This document shows positions 33,648 through 41,830 of a stretch of 58,912 nt of DNA, one piece after another. The stretch is taken from NCBI GenBank assembly GCA_015067385.1, contig SVMP01000001.1:1-58912 (forward strand), written 5' to 3'. Every line of letters begins with the position of its first letter. Within the stretch, counting starts at the first letter, position 1. A model generated the notes under the pieces. It saw nothing but the letters and a program-made list of their open reading frames with translations. It was not told the origin of the DNA and made no database searches. Origin of the DNA: Oscillospiraceae bacterium. Its GTDB lineage: Bacteria; Bacillota; Clostridia; Oscillospirales; UBA644. The translations under genes were made by a program, and so were the position numbers.

Positions 33648-33672
33648 TCGTTTTATTTATTCATTTGTCAGA

Positions 33673-34209
33673 TCAATAATTTTCTGCTTTTACTTCGAAA
33701 TAAGCCTGGGGATGTTTGCAAACAGGGCAGAGGAGAGGTGCTTCATCGCCGGAATGGATATGACCGCAGTTAGCGCATTTCCAGAGAGTGGGAGCATCTT
33801 TCTTGAATACCTTGCCGTCCTGAATGTTTTTAAGAAGCTTGAGGTATCTTTCTTCATGTTCTTTTTCAACTCTTGCAACACCTTCAAACATGATCGCAAT
33901 ATCGTCAAAGCCTTCTTCTCTTGCTGTCTTTGCAAATTCAGCGTACATTTCGGTCCATTCGTAGTTTTCGCCTTCAGCCGCATTTATAAGATTCTTGTCG
34001 GTGGAAGCGATACCTCCGTGGAGAAGTTTGTACCAGAGCTTTGCGTGTTCTTTTTCATTGCCTGCCGTCTCTGCAAAAATGTTGGAGATCTGAACATATC
34101 CGTCCTTTTTTGCCTGAGATGAAAAGTACATATATTTTATGCTTGCCTGAGATTCGCCCGCGAAAGCGGCTTCAAGATTTTTTTCTGTCTGACTGCCTTT
34201 GAGTTCCAT
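33673..34209 (-). CDS. rbr: rubrerythrin
   Basis: Ferritin-like diiron domain (E..A...Y, EKEHA, E..H) plus C-terminal rubredoxin-like CANCGH....CPVCKH. The ATG at 34209 lies 7 nt after GGAGGA. Confidence 0.9.
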   Translation of the reverse strand: MELKGSQTEKNLEAAFAGESQASIKYMYFSSQAKKDGYVQISNIFAETAGNEKEHAKLWYKLLHGGIASTDKNLINAAEGENYEWTEMYAEFAKTAREEGFDDIAIMFEGVARVEKEHEERYLKLLKNIQDGKVFKKDAPTLWKCANCGHIHSGDEAPLLCPVCKHPQAYFEVKAENY

Positions 34210-34268
34210 AATTTTATCCTCCATGGTGTTAAATTGATTCTTTTCTATTTTTACCCGACAGCGGAAAA

Positions 34269-35795
34269 TTATTCTTCATCGGGAATAAATCTGTGAGTGC
34301 TTACACCGTCTTTTTCTTCTGCTTTTGCATAGTGTACGGTTCCTTCAAATCCGAGTTTTTCCTGAAGATCGGAAAGATGCTTCTTCATGTCGGGAAGATG
34401 AGTAACGGAGATTACTCTCGCCTTGTAAAGCGCCGCAATGGCTATAAATTCACTGAGCGCAATTGCCGCCTCGTCGAAAGATGTTGACTGATAAACTTCG
34501 TTGAAAAGAAGCATATCGTTCGGCTTGAGCGTATCGAGGAATCCCGAAACGGTCTCAACTTCTTCTTCAAAACGTCCCTGACCGATGTCAAGAGCCGTAA
34601 AGTATGCGTAAACGCCTGCAACGGGGGTGATTATTGCTTCTGTACACGGTACGGGCAACGCCGCCTGACCGAGAAGCTGGATTATGCCGACCGCACGTAA
34701 AAATACGGTCTTACCTGCATTGTTCTTACCTGTAATGATGTACGCCGCACAGTCTTTGTCGAATATAGCATCGTTCGGAACGAGAACATCGCCCGGACGT
34801 TCGTTTTTGTTTTTCTGAGCCTGCTTGAGCGAGAACCAGAGGTCGTAAATGTTTTTACATTCGAATCTGTTGCCTTCCGTGCAGAATTCGGGGGTACACA
34901 TCGGAAGACCGAGACGCTCGTATGTTCTTTCGAGAATAGCCGCAAAATCATAGAAATAGAATCCGTCACGGATCTTGTCAAACGGCTTTTTAAGCTGATA
35001 TGTTACAGACTGCATGTATGTTACAAGCTTTATCATGCTTCTTTCCGCAAGAGACTGAAGCTGTTGATCCGATTCAACGTCAAAACCGATGGAAATTACC
35101 ATCTTATCTTTGTCTTTCATCGGGGGAGATTTCTGTTCGTAGCTGTACGGATCAGACGAGAGCTTGAACATTTCGCAGTCGCACATTCTGACGTATTTAT
35201 CAAGCTTTGTTAAAATAACAAATGATGTGTTGAGGTTCAACGATTCTGCAAGCTCGGAAGCCATCGCTTTAAGCTCTTCAAATGCGGGGTTTTCAATCTG
35301 CGCTTTAACAAAGTCACGCATCTGGATCATAAACTGCGAACGTACATCTTTTTTGCTGAACGTTCTGTTGTACTGCTCATAGATCTCAAGGATCTTGAGA
35401 ATACAGTCAGCCAAAGTCTGAACGGTAAAGATGGACGATTCTCTGTCGGATGTCGTCGATCTGCCGCCTGTCGTTGTAATAACGGAAGCTGCGGATGTCT
35501 TAACGATCTTAAGAGCATCCTCAAGCTTGAGATTAAGCTTTTCTATAAGCTCAAATTCGTGAAGCAGAGAATTGTTTCTCTTGAAATCTTCGAGAATTTC
35601 TTTTCTCCAGATAAGATTTTCAATATCCTGTTCGGGATGGCTGAGGAGTGCGAAAACCTTTTTCTGAAGGATTATGTCTACCGTAACGCCGTTTACGACT
35701 TCGTCAAGAAGAAGGCTCTTCATGGACATTTCAAGCTGTTTTGACGATTCTGTTTTTGACGGGTTTTTGTAAAGAAGGTCAAATTCGGGATACAT
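34269..35795 (-). CDS. MutS-related ATPase, domain III/V only (paralogue 2)
   Basis: 508 aa. Walker [18 protein letters not shown], Walker-B-like [12 protein letters not shown] and VTHL motif. No mismatch-binding domain I and no Smr/nuclease domain. The start overlaps the upstream stop (TAATG). Confidence 0.8.
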   Translation of the reverse strand: MYPEFDLLYKNPSKTESSKQLEMSMKSLLLDEVVNGVTVDIILQKKVFALLSHPEQDIENLIWRKEILEDFKRNNSLLHEFELIEKLNLKLEDALKIVKTSAASVITTTGGRSTTSDRESSIFTVQTLADCILKILEIYEQYNRTFSKKDVRSQFMIQMRDFVKAQIENPAFEELKAMASELAESLNLNTSFVILTKLDKYVRMCDCEMFKLSSDPYSYEQKSPPMKDKDKMVISIGFDVESDQQLQSLAERSMIKLVTYMQSVTYQLKKPFDKIRDGFYFYDFAAILERTYERLGLPMCTPEFCTEGNRFECKNIYDLWFSLKQAQKNKNERPGDVLVPNDAIFDKDCAAYIITGKNNAGKTVFLRAVGIIQLLGQAALPVPCTEAIITPVAGVYAYFTALDIGQGRFEEEVETVSGFLDTLKPNDMLLFNEVYQSTSFDEAAIALSEFIAIAALYKARVISVTHLPDMKKHLSDLQEKLGFEGTVHYAKAEEKDGVSTHRFIPDEE

Positions 35796-37360
35796 TATTT
35801 GGTTTCCTCCTTCTTCTTTTTGAGACGTTCGAGCATTTGCTCAACAGTCATGTCATATTTGGAAAGTATATCTTTTGCGAACGAAGAGTTCTGAGTGCTG
35901 AGAGGTACGATCTTGTAAAGTCTCTTACCTGTCTTTTCATCGTTAAGCGCTGTAAGAACGCCTGCACTGTGCGGTCTTGTTTTCGTTTCTGTCGCATAGT
36001 CCTTCAAGCTGTGAAGATGTGTTACGAAAAGACCCGAAACATCGTGTTCGAGAACCTTGTCAACAAGCTCGACGGAAAGTTTGTATGCAATGTCTGCTTT
36101 TGTTGATGAATATGTTTCGTTGAAAAGCGCAAGGCTCTGTCCGTCGGTGATGTCTCTGAATATTCTTTCAACACGACCCTGCTCTTCGACAAGTCTACCG
36201 GAGTTGTCGTTATATTCTTCAACGGGGAAGTGTGTAAACATTCTCTTCATTATCTTTATCTTCGCTTTTCTTGCGGGAACATGACCGCATGCCTGGAAGA
36301 AGAGCTGACAGAGACCTACAGCGGAAAGGAATATCGTTTTACCGCCTGCGTTAGGTCCGGTAATGAAGAAGAAAGAGCTGTCGCCGTAAACATAGTCGTT
36401 GTAAATGACCTGATCGGGCGCCAATCCTCTTTTAACAAGGAAAAGGCTGTAGAAATCCGCAATATCGGTCTTTTCCGCAACCTCTGCTTTTATGCTTCGG
36501 AAGCCTTTCTGCGCGATCTCTCTGAAAATACGGGAGAAACCGATAACAGCGTCAAGCTTCTTAACGAGATCGAGCCATGCAGTGTCGAAAACATCCTTGT
36601 AGCTTTCATGGAAAGCATCGATGTTTTTGAATATATCATAGTAAAGATCGTAGAGCGCCTGGAAAACGGGTCTTGAAAATTCTCTCGGCTGATGGATTGC
36701 AGGTGCGTACGCTTCGCTTGTGTCAAGTCCGAGACGGCCTGTTATATCCGCAAGCTGTTTCATAAGAGAAACCTCTTCGGTCTTGGGAATAATGCTGTTT
36801 TCGATGTTCTGACCGCGTGAGAAATATCTGTTGAGTCTGATCTCACCGATGGTTTCAAGGCTTTCACGAAGACCGCCCATATCCTTGGTTATCTTGTTGA
36901 GCTCGGCTTTCTTTTCTGCGGAACATGTGTCTGTTAAGATCTTTACGGTAGCAGCCGAAAGTGTCTTTTTATCGATAGCTTCGGCGCCTTTCATGAATTT
37001 TTCGTATATCTCCGTAAATCTTTCAATAATAAGGAACGTTTTCATCGTAACCATTTCGGGAACGCTCTTGAACATCTTCAGCTCGTACAAAAGAGAAAGC
37101 TCCCAAAGGTCGTTTCTTAATTCGCAGAAAAGATCGAAAAGACAGTCGTTTTTCGTCATGTCTTCGATTATGTCCGCACGGTATGCGATTATTTCGGGAT
37201 CACTGCAAAATTGATTGATTATTTCAAGAGTGGCTTCTTCCTGTTCTTTGGACGAGAGGAAAGCGTTGAGCAACTCTTCAAGCTGCATATCAACCGTAAC
37301 GCAATAGTCAAGCGGCTTTGCATCCGGCTGAGCTTTTATCGGGTCGAAAAATAACTTCAT
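35795..37360 (-). CDS. MutS-related ATPase, domain III/V only (paralogue 1)
   Basis: 521 aa. Walker A ITGPNAGGKTIFLSAVG, LALFNETYSSTK and VTHLHSL. The helical N-terminal half has a MutS-core-like YRADIIEDM segment. The start lies 3 nt after the upstream stop. Confidence 0.8.
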   Translation of the reverse strand: MKLFFDPIKAQPDAKPLDYCVTVDMQLEELLNAFLSSKEQEEATLEIINQFCSDPEIIAYRADIIEDMTKNDCLFDLFCELRNDLWELSLLYELKMFKSVPEMVTMKTFLIIERFTEIYEKFMKGAEAIDKKTLSAATVKILTDTCSAEKKAELNKITKDMGGLRESLETIGEIRLNRYFSRGQNIENSIIPKTEEVSLMKQLADITGRLGLDTSEAYAPAIHQPREFSRPVFQALYDLYYDIFKNIDAFHESYKDVFDTAWLDLVKKLDAVIGFSRIFREIAQKGFRSIKAEVAEKTDIADFYSLFLVKRGLAPDQVIYNDYVYGDSSFFFITGPNAGGKTIFLSAVGLCQLFFQACGHVPARKAKIKIMKRMFTHFPVEEYNDNSGRLVEEQGRVERIFRDITDGQSLALFNETYSSTKADIAYKLSVELVDKVLEHDVSGLFVTHLHSLKDYATETKTRPHSAGVLTALNDEKTGKRLYKIVPLSTQNSSFAKDILSKYDMTVEQMLERLKKKKEETK

Positions 37361-37363
37361 CGG

Positions 37364-38098
37364 TTAAAATCCTTTCTTCATCTCGACATAATGTTTTTTT
37401 CTCATCGCGCGACGTGCCGTTCTGAAAATTCGGCGGGCTTCTTTTCCTGAAACTGCGCATTTTTCAGGCTTCGATGGGAAGAAGTGGTTTGCTATTACTA
37501 TGCCGTAATGTATGGTGTCACCGTCGATAAGATCAATGTTGCTGACAGTTCTGACTTCTTTGAGAGAAGGATTGAACATCACGACGGGTACGCAGTCTAT
37601 CTGACTGTCTTTTAATGCGTAGTTGATCGACGCCGCATATTTAACAAGACCGACAGGTGGCTTTTTCTTTCTTTTATTGACTGTGAGCTTATGGAACGCC
37701 ATTGTTAACTGTCCGATAATACCTTCGTTTTCGGTCGGTGCGAGACCTCTGTGGTCAGAGACGTGCCATGTTGACGGCGAGGTGAACATAACGGTTGCTT
37801 TTACTTTTCTGTAGCTTTTGAGCTTGATTATGTAAAGTTTGTTACCTGAAAGAAGCATGTAGTCGGGTTTATGATTCCAAAAATGCGGAATGAAAAATCC
37901 GGGAAGTCCTACCTTTGCAAACTTGGCATTGCAGAAAACACACCGTACAAAAAGTATTGCTCTTACCACAATATATCTCAATAATGGAAAGATTATGAAG
38001 CATATCGCAGCAGTTATGATCGAAACAACGATTATGAAAACTATTGCCGCTTCAAAAAATGACATCGCCAACGGCATTGTGTGAACTTCGGGGGACAT
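37364..38098 (-). CDS. membrane-anchored protein with possible degenerate NERD/PD-(D/E)xK-like domain
   Basis: 244 aa. Has an N-terminal hydrophobic helix or helices. The segment HKPDYMLLSGNKLYIIKLKSYRKVKATV resembles the NERD core (D..hh....hhhhExK.y.G) but has K where the acidic residue is expected. First gene of the three-gene operon. Confidence 0.5.
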   Translation of the reverse strand: MSPEVHTMPLAMSFFEAAIVFIIVVSIITAAICFIIFPLLRYIVVRAILFVRCVFCNAKFAKVGLPGFFIPHFWNHKPDYMLLSGNKLYIIKLKSYRKVKATVMFTSPSTWHVSDHRGLAPTENEGIIGQLTMAFHKLTVNKRKKKPPVGLVKYAASINYALKDSQIDCVPVVMFNPSLKEVRTVSNIDLIDGDTIHYGIVIANHFFPSKPEKCAVSGKEARRIFRTARRAMRKKHYVEMKKGF

Positions 38099-38265
38099 TT
38101 TATTTTTGATCTCCGTTCTGAGTCTTTTTATTAATTATAGCATATCTTGGTTGATATTTCAAGAATTATTTTATGTTATTTATAACTAAAAAATCGTGTT
38201 TGCAATAACAGAAAAACACTATTCTGCACAAATATTGTAAAGTGAAGATATTTTAATGTTTTGCA

Positions 38266-38294
38266 TTGAAATTTTATTTGATTTATGTTATAAT
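38266..38294 (+). promoter_or_regulatory. putative sigma-A promoter for the ABC exporter pair
   Basis: TTGAAA (38266-38271), 17 nt, TATAAT (38289-38294) preceded by TGT (extended -10). It lies inside the 5' end of the track ORF. Confidence 0.5.
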
Positions 38295-38349
38295 GTCTGC
38301 AACGATATATATTCGTATTTATAATGAACCGAAAGGCAGTCGTTTTGAT

Positions 38350-40062
38350 TTGATTAAACTACTTCGTTATCTGAAAAAACATTGGCTCGAAAGTATTTTC
38401 GGACCGCTGTTTAAGTTTCTTGAGGCATGCTTTGAATTAACAGTTCCTGTAATAATGGCTGATATGATCGATATTGGTATAAAAAATGCAGATAAAGAGT
38501 ATGTCCTTCGCTCCGGGGCAATAGTTGTCGGGCTCGGACTTCTGGGCTTCGTCTGCGCTCTGACCGCACAGTTCTTTGCCGCAAAAGCATCAATGGCTTT
38601 CGGAACCGCCCTGCGAAACGATCTTTATAAGCACATCTCCTCATTTTCCGCAACGGAGCTTGACCGATTCGGCACGTCCACTCTCATTACAAGGCTCGGT
38701 GCGGACGTTATTCAGACACAGTCGGGTGTAAATCTTGTCCTTCGTCTTCTTCTTCGCTCCCCGTTTATCGTTGTGGGTGCGGTTGCGGCTTCATTTATGA
38801 TAGACGTTAAGCTTTCGCTCATTTTCCTTGTCGCTGTTATCATTCTTTCTTTAACAGTCTGGCTTATTATGAGCAGGCTTCTCCCTCTCTATAAAAAAAC
38901 ACGCAAAAACCTCGACAGAATAACGGTTAAAACACGTGAAAACCTCACCGGTGCACGTGTCGTCCGTTCTTTTTCCGCAGGAGAGACCGAACGTTCGGAG
39001 TTTAACACTGCCGCCGAGGATCTTTACTCCTCACAGATAATCTCAGGCAAGATCTCGGCTCTTTTAAATCCGCTTTCTTTCTCCGTTATCAACCTTTCTG
39101 CCGCTGTGTTAATGTGGTTCGGAGCTCTTTCCGTCGATTCCAGTGCGATAACTCAAGGTCAGATCATCGCTCTTTTAAATTACATGACACAGATCCTCAT
39201 CGCTCTTCTCGCTCTCGCAAATCTTGTCGTCATGATAACAAAATCCACTGCGTCCGCTTCAAGAATAAACGAGATATTTGACGAACAGCCGTCTGTCGTT
39301 GAAGGCGAAAAAGAGCTTTGTTCCGTTGAGAACATCTGCTTTGAAAATGTTTCTTACAAATATCCCGGAGCTTCTGCGTACGCTGTTGACGGACTTTCGT
39401 TCAGCATCAAAAAGGGCATGACTGTGGGCATAGTCGGTGGTACAGGCTCAGGCAAATCAACGCTTGTTTCTTTGCTTCTCCGTCAGGTCGATGCGTCCGA
39501 AGGAAAGGTTCTTTTCAACGGTCAGCCTATCTCCGAATATACTTTCGCAAGTCTTCATTCCGCTGTTGCCGCTGTCCCTCAGAAACCCGCACTCTTTTCC
39601 GGAACAGTCAGACAAAATCTTTTATGGCGTAACGAAAACGCTTCCGACGAGGAGCTTTTTGCCGCTCTCGATATTGCTCAGGCGTCCGATTTTATCGCAG
39701 GAGATCTTGACCGACCTGTTGCCAAAGCAGGCTCGAATCTTTCCGGCGGTCAGCGTCAGCGTCTTACGATCGCCCGTGCGCTTGTCGGTCCTTCCGATGT
39801 CCTTGTTCTTGACGACAGCGCATCTGCTCTCGACTATGCGACCGATGCAAAATTACGTAAGGCTATAGCTTCCTTGCCCGATAACAAAACGGTCATCATC
39901 GTTTCTCAGCGTATTTTTGCGGTCAAAAAAGCAGACGTTATTCTCGTGCTCGACGAAGGTAAGATCGTCGGATCGGGAACCCACGATTCGTTGATGAGAA
40001 CCTGCCCTGTTTATGCAGAGATCTGCGCATCTCAGACCCAGGAGGCGCAAAATGAAAAATAA
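38350..40062 (+). CDS. ABC transporter permease/ATP-binding protein (type I exporter half-transporter)
   Basis: Six-TM domain plus an NBD with GGTGSGKST, LSGGQRQRL and LVLDD. The start is probably the TTG at 38350 (..IKLLRYLKKHW, GAAAGG RBS), because the predicted promoter lies downstream of the track start at 38266. Confidence 0.85.
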   Translation: MIKLLRYLKKHWLESIFGPLFKFLEACFELTVPVIMADMIDIGIKNADKEYVLRSGAIVVGLGLLGFVCALTAQFFAAKASMAFGTALRNDLYKHISSFSATELDRFGTSTLITRLGADVIQTQSGVNLVLRLLLRSPFIVVGAVAASFMIDVKLSLIFLVAVIILSLTVWLIMSRLLPLYKKTRKNLDRITVKTRENLTGARVVRSFSAGETERSEFNTAAEDLYSSQIISGKISALLNPLSFSVINLSAAVLMWFGALSVDSSAITQGQIIALLNYMTQILIALLALANLVVMITKSTASASRINEIFDEQPSVVEGEKELCSVENICFENVSYKYPGASAYAVDGLSFSIKKGMTVGIVGGTGSGKSTLVSLLLRQVDASEGKVLFNGQPISEYTFASLHSAVAAVPQKPALFSGTVRQNLLWRNENASDEELFAALDIAQASDFIAGDLDRPVAKAGSNLSGGQRQRLTIARALVGPSDVLVLDDSASALDYATDAKLRKAIASLPDNKTVIIVSQRIFAVKKADVILVLDEGKIVGSGTHDSLMRTCPVYAEICASQTQEAQNEK

Positions 40063-41800
40063 TAAAGTAAAGGATAATACCTTAAAGAGGATCTTCTCCC
40101 TTATTCTGCCTTACAGACTTCATCTCGTCTTCTCTCTTATCTTTGCCGCCGCTTACGTTGCCCTTTCTCTTCTTGCTCCGATCATTTCGGGTAAGGCTGT
40201 CGATGAAATGGTAGGGCAGGGGGCTGTTGACCTTGATGCTGTTTTGAAATTTGCCGTTATGTACGGTCTTGTCGTTGTCTTTGCTTCTCTTTTTCAATGG
40301 ATAATGACTCATCTGACAAATATTATCTCCTACCGTACCGTTCAAAAACTACGTAAGGATCTGTTTTCAAAGATCACCGATCTTTCCGTCGGCTTTATCG
40401 ATTCTCATCCTCACGGCGACATTATTTCACGTGTTATTACCGATGTCGAACAGCTTTCAGACGGTCTTCTCATGGGCTTTTCTCAGCTCTTTACCGGTCT
40501 TTTGACTATAGTTGCAACTATCGGTTTTATGTTTTCCATAAATATCGGCATAACTCTTATAGTTGTTGTTTTTACACCGATCTCGCTTTTCGTCGCTTCT
40601 TTTATTGCTAAAAATACGTATTCGATGTTTAAAAAACAGTCCGAAATAAGAGGCAGAATGACTGCGCTTATCGAGGAGTCCGTCGGTGGCGCAAAAACCG
40701 TAAAAATGTTCGGTAAAGCCGATGATTTCAGCGAAAAGATCGAGACTGTCGGCGAGGAGCTTCGTGCTTGCGGCGTTCGCGCGCTGTTCTTTTCTTCAAT
40801 AACAAACCCCGCCACACGCTTTGTTAACAATGCGGTTTATGCCGCTGTCGGTATCCTCGGCGCATTTTCTGCCATAAACGGAAATATAACCGTCGGTCAG
40901 CTTTCATGTTTTCTTACATATGCAAACCAGTATACAAAGCCGTTCAATGAAATATCCGGCGTTATTGCCGAATTTGTCGGAGCAAAAGCTTCCGCAGCTC
41001 GTATTTTTGAACTTCTTGACGAAACAAATGTCGAATCTTCCGTTTCAGGCGAAAATATGCCCGAAGAAGGCGGAAAAGTTGAATTTTCAAATGTCTCTTT
41101 CTCGTATTCTCCCGATAAACCTCTTATCGAAAACTTCTCTCTTTCCGTGCCTGACGGTAAAATGATCGCTATCGTCGGTCCTACCGGATGCGGAAAAACG
41201 ACTCTGATAAATCTTCTCATGCGGTTTTACGATGTTACGCATGGCTCTCTCGATCTTAACGATATCCCTGTCAAAACCCTTGACCTCGATGCCCACAGAC
41301 GTTGTTTCGGTATGGTCTTACAGGATACATGGCTCAAAAACGGTACTGTTGCTGAAAATATTGCATACGGCAGGACCGACGTTTCAAGGGAAGATATAGT
41401 TGCCGCAGCCGTAAAAGCTCATGCGGACAGCTTTATTTCGGGTCTTGAGAACGGCTACGATACTGTTATAACCGAGGACGGAGGAAATCTTTCTCAGGGA
41501 CAAAAGCAGCTTCTCTGTATAAGCCGTATAATGCTTTCTCTTCCCCCCATGCTTATTCTTGACGAGGCAACCTCTTCTATTGACACTATGACGGAACTTC
41601 GTATCCGCAGAGCCTTTGACTCTATGACGGAGGGCAGAACGAGCTTTGTTGTCGCACACCGTCTTTCAACGATCACAAAAGCCGATCTTATCCTTGTTAT
41701 GCGTGACGGTAAGATCGTTGAAAAAGGAACGCATTCCGAACTTCTTTCAAACGGCGGTTTTTATAAAGACCTCTATGAAAGCCAGTTCGAAACGGAATAA
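40052..41800 (+). CDS. ABC transporter permease/ATP-binding protein (partner half-transporter)
   Basis: GPTGCGKTT, LSQGQKQLL and LILDEATS motifs. The ATG at 40052 overlaps the end of the upstream gene, which suggests a heterodimeric exporter. Confidence 0.87.
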   Translation: MKNNKVKDNTLKRIFSLILPYRLHLVFSLIFAAAYVALSLLAPIISGKAVDEMVGQGAVDLDAVLKFAVMYGLVVVFASLFQWIMTHLTNIISYRTVQKLRKDLFSKITDLSVGFIDSHPHGDIISRVITDVEQLSDGLLMGFSQLFTGLLTIVATIGFMFSINIGITLIVVVFTPISLFVASFIAKNTYSMFKKQSEIRGRMTALIEESVGGAKTVKMFGKADDFSEKIETVGEELRACGVRALFFSSITNPATRFVNNAVYAAVGILGAFSAINGNITVGQLSCFLTYANQYTKPFNEISGVIAEFVGAKASAARIFELLDETNVESSVSGENMPEEGGKVEFSNVSFSYSPDKPLIENFSLSVPDGKMIAIVGPTGCGKTTLINLLMRFYDVTHGSLDLNDIPVKTLDLDAHRRCFGMVLQDTWLKNGTVAENIAYGRTDVSREDIVAAAVKAHADSFISGLENGYDTVITEDGGNLSQGQKQLLCISRIMLSLPPMLILDEATSSIDTMTELRIRRAFDSMTEGRTSFVVAHRLSTITKADLILVMRDGKIVEKGTHSELLSNGGFYKDLYESQFETE

Positions 41801-41830
41801 CAAAATAAAAACGAAAGTAGTTGTTATATT

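Noticed and set aside
38266-38349. Extended N-terminus of the first ABC transporter as given by the ORF track
   Set aside because: A good TTGAAA-17-TATAAT promoter lies within this stretch, so it is probably untranscribed or 5' UTR. The TTG at 38350 with a GAAAGG RBS gives the usual MIKLLRYLKK-type start.
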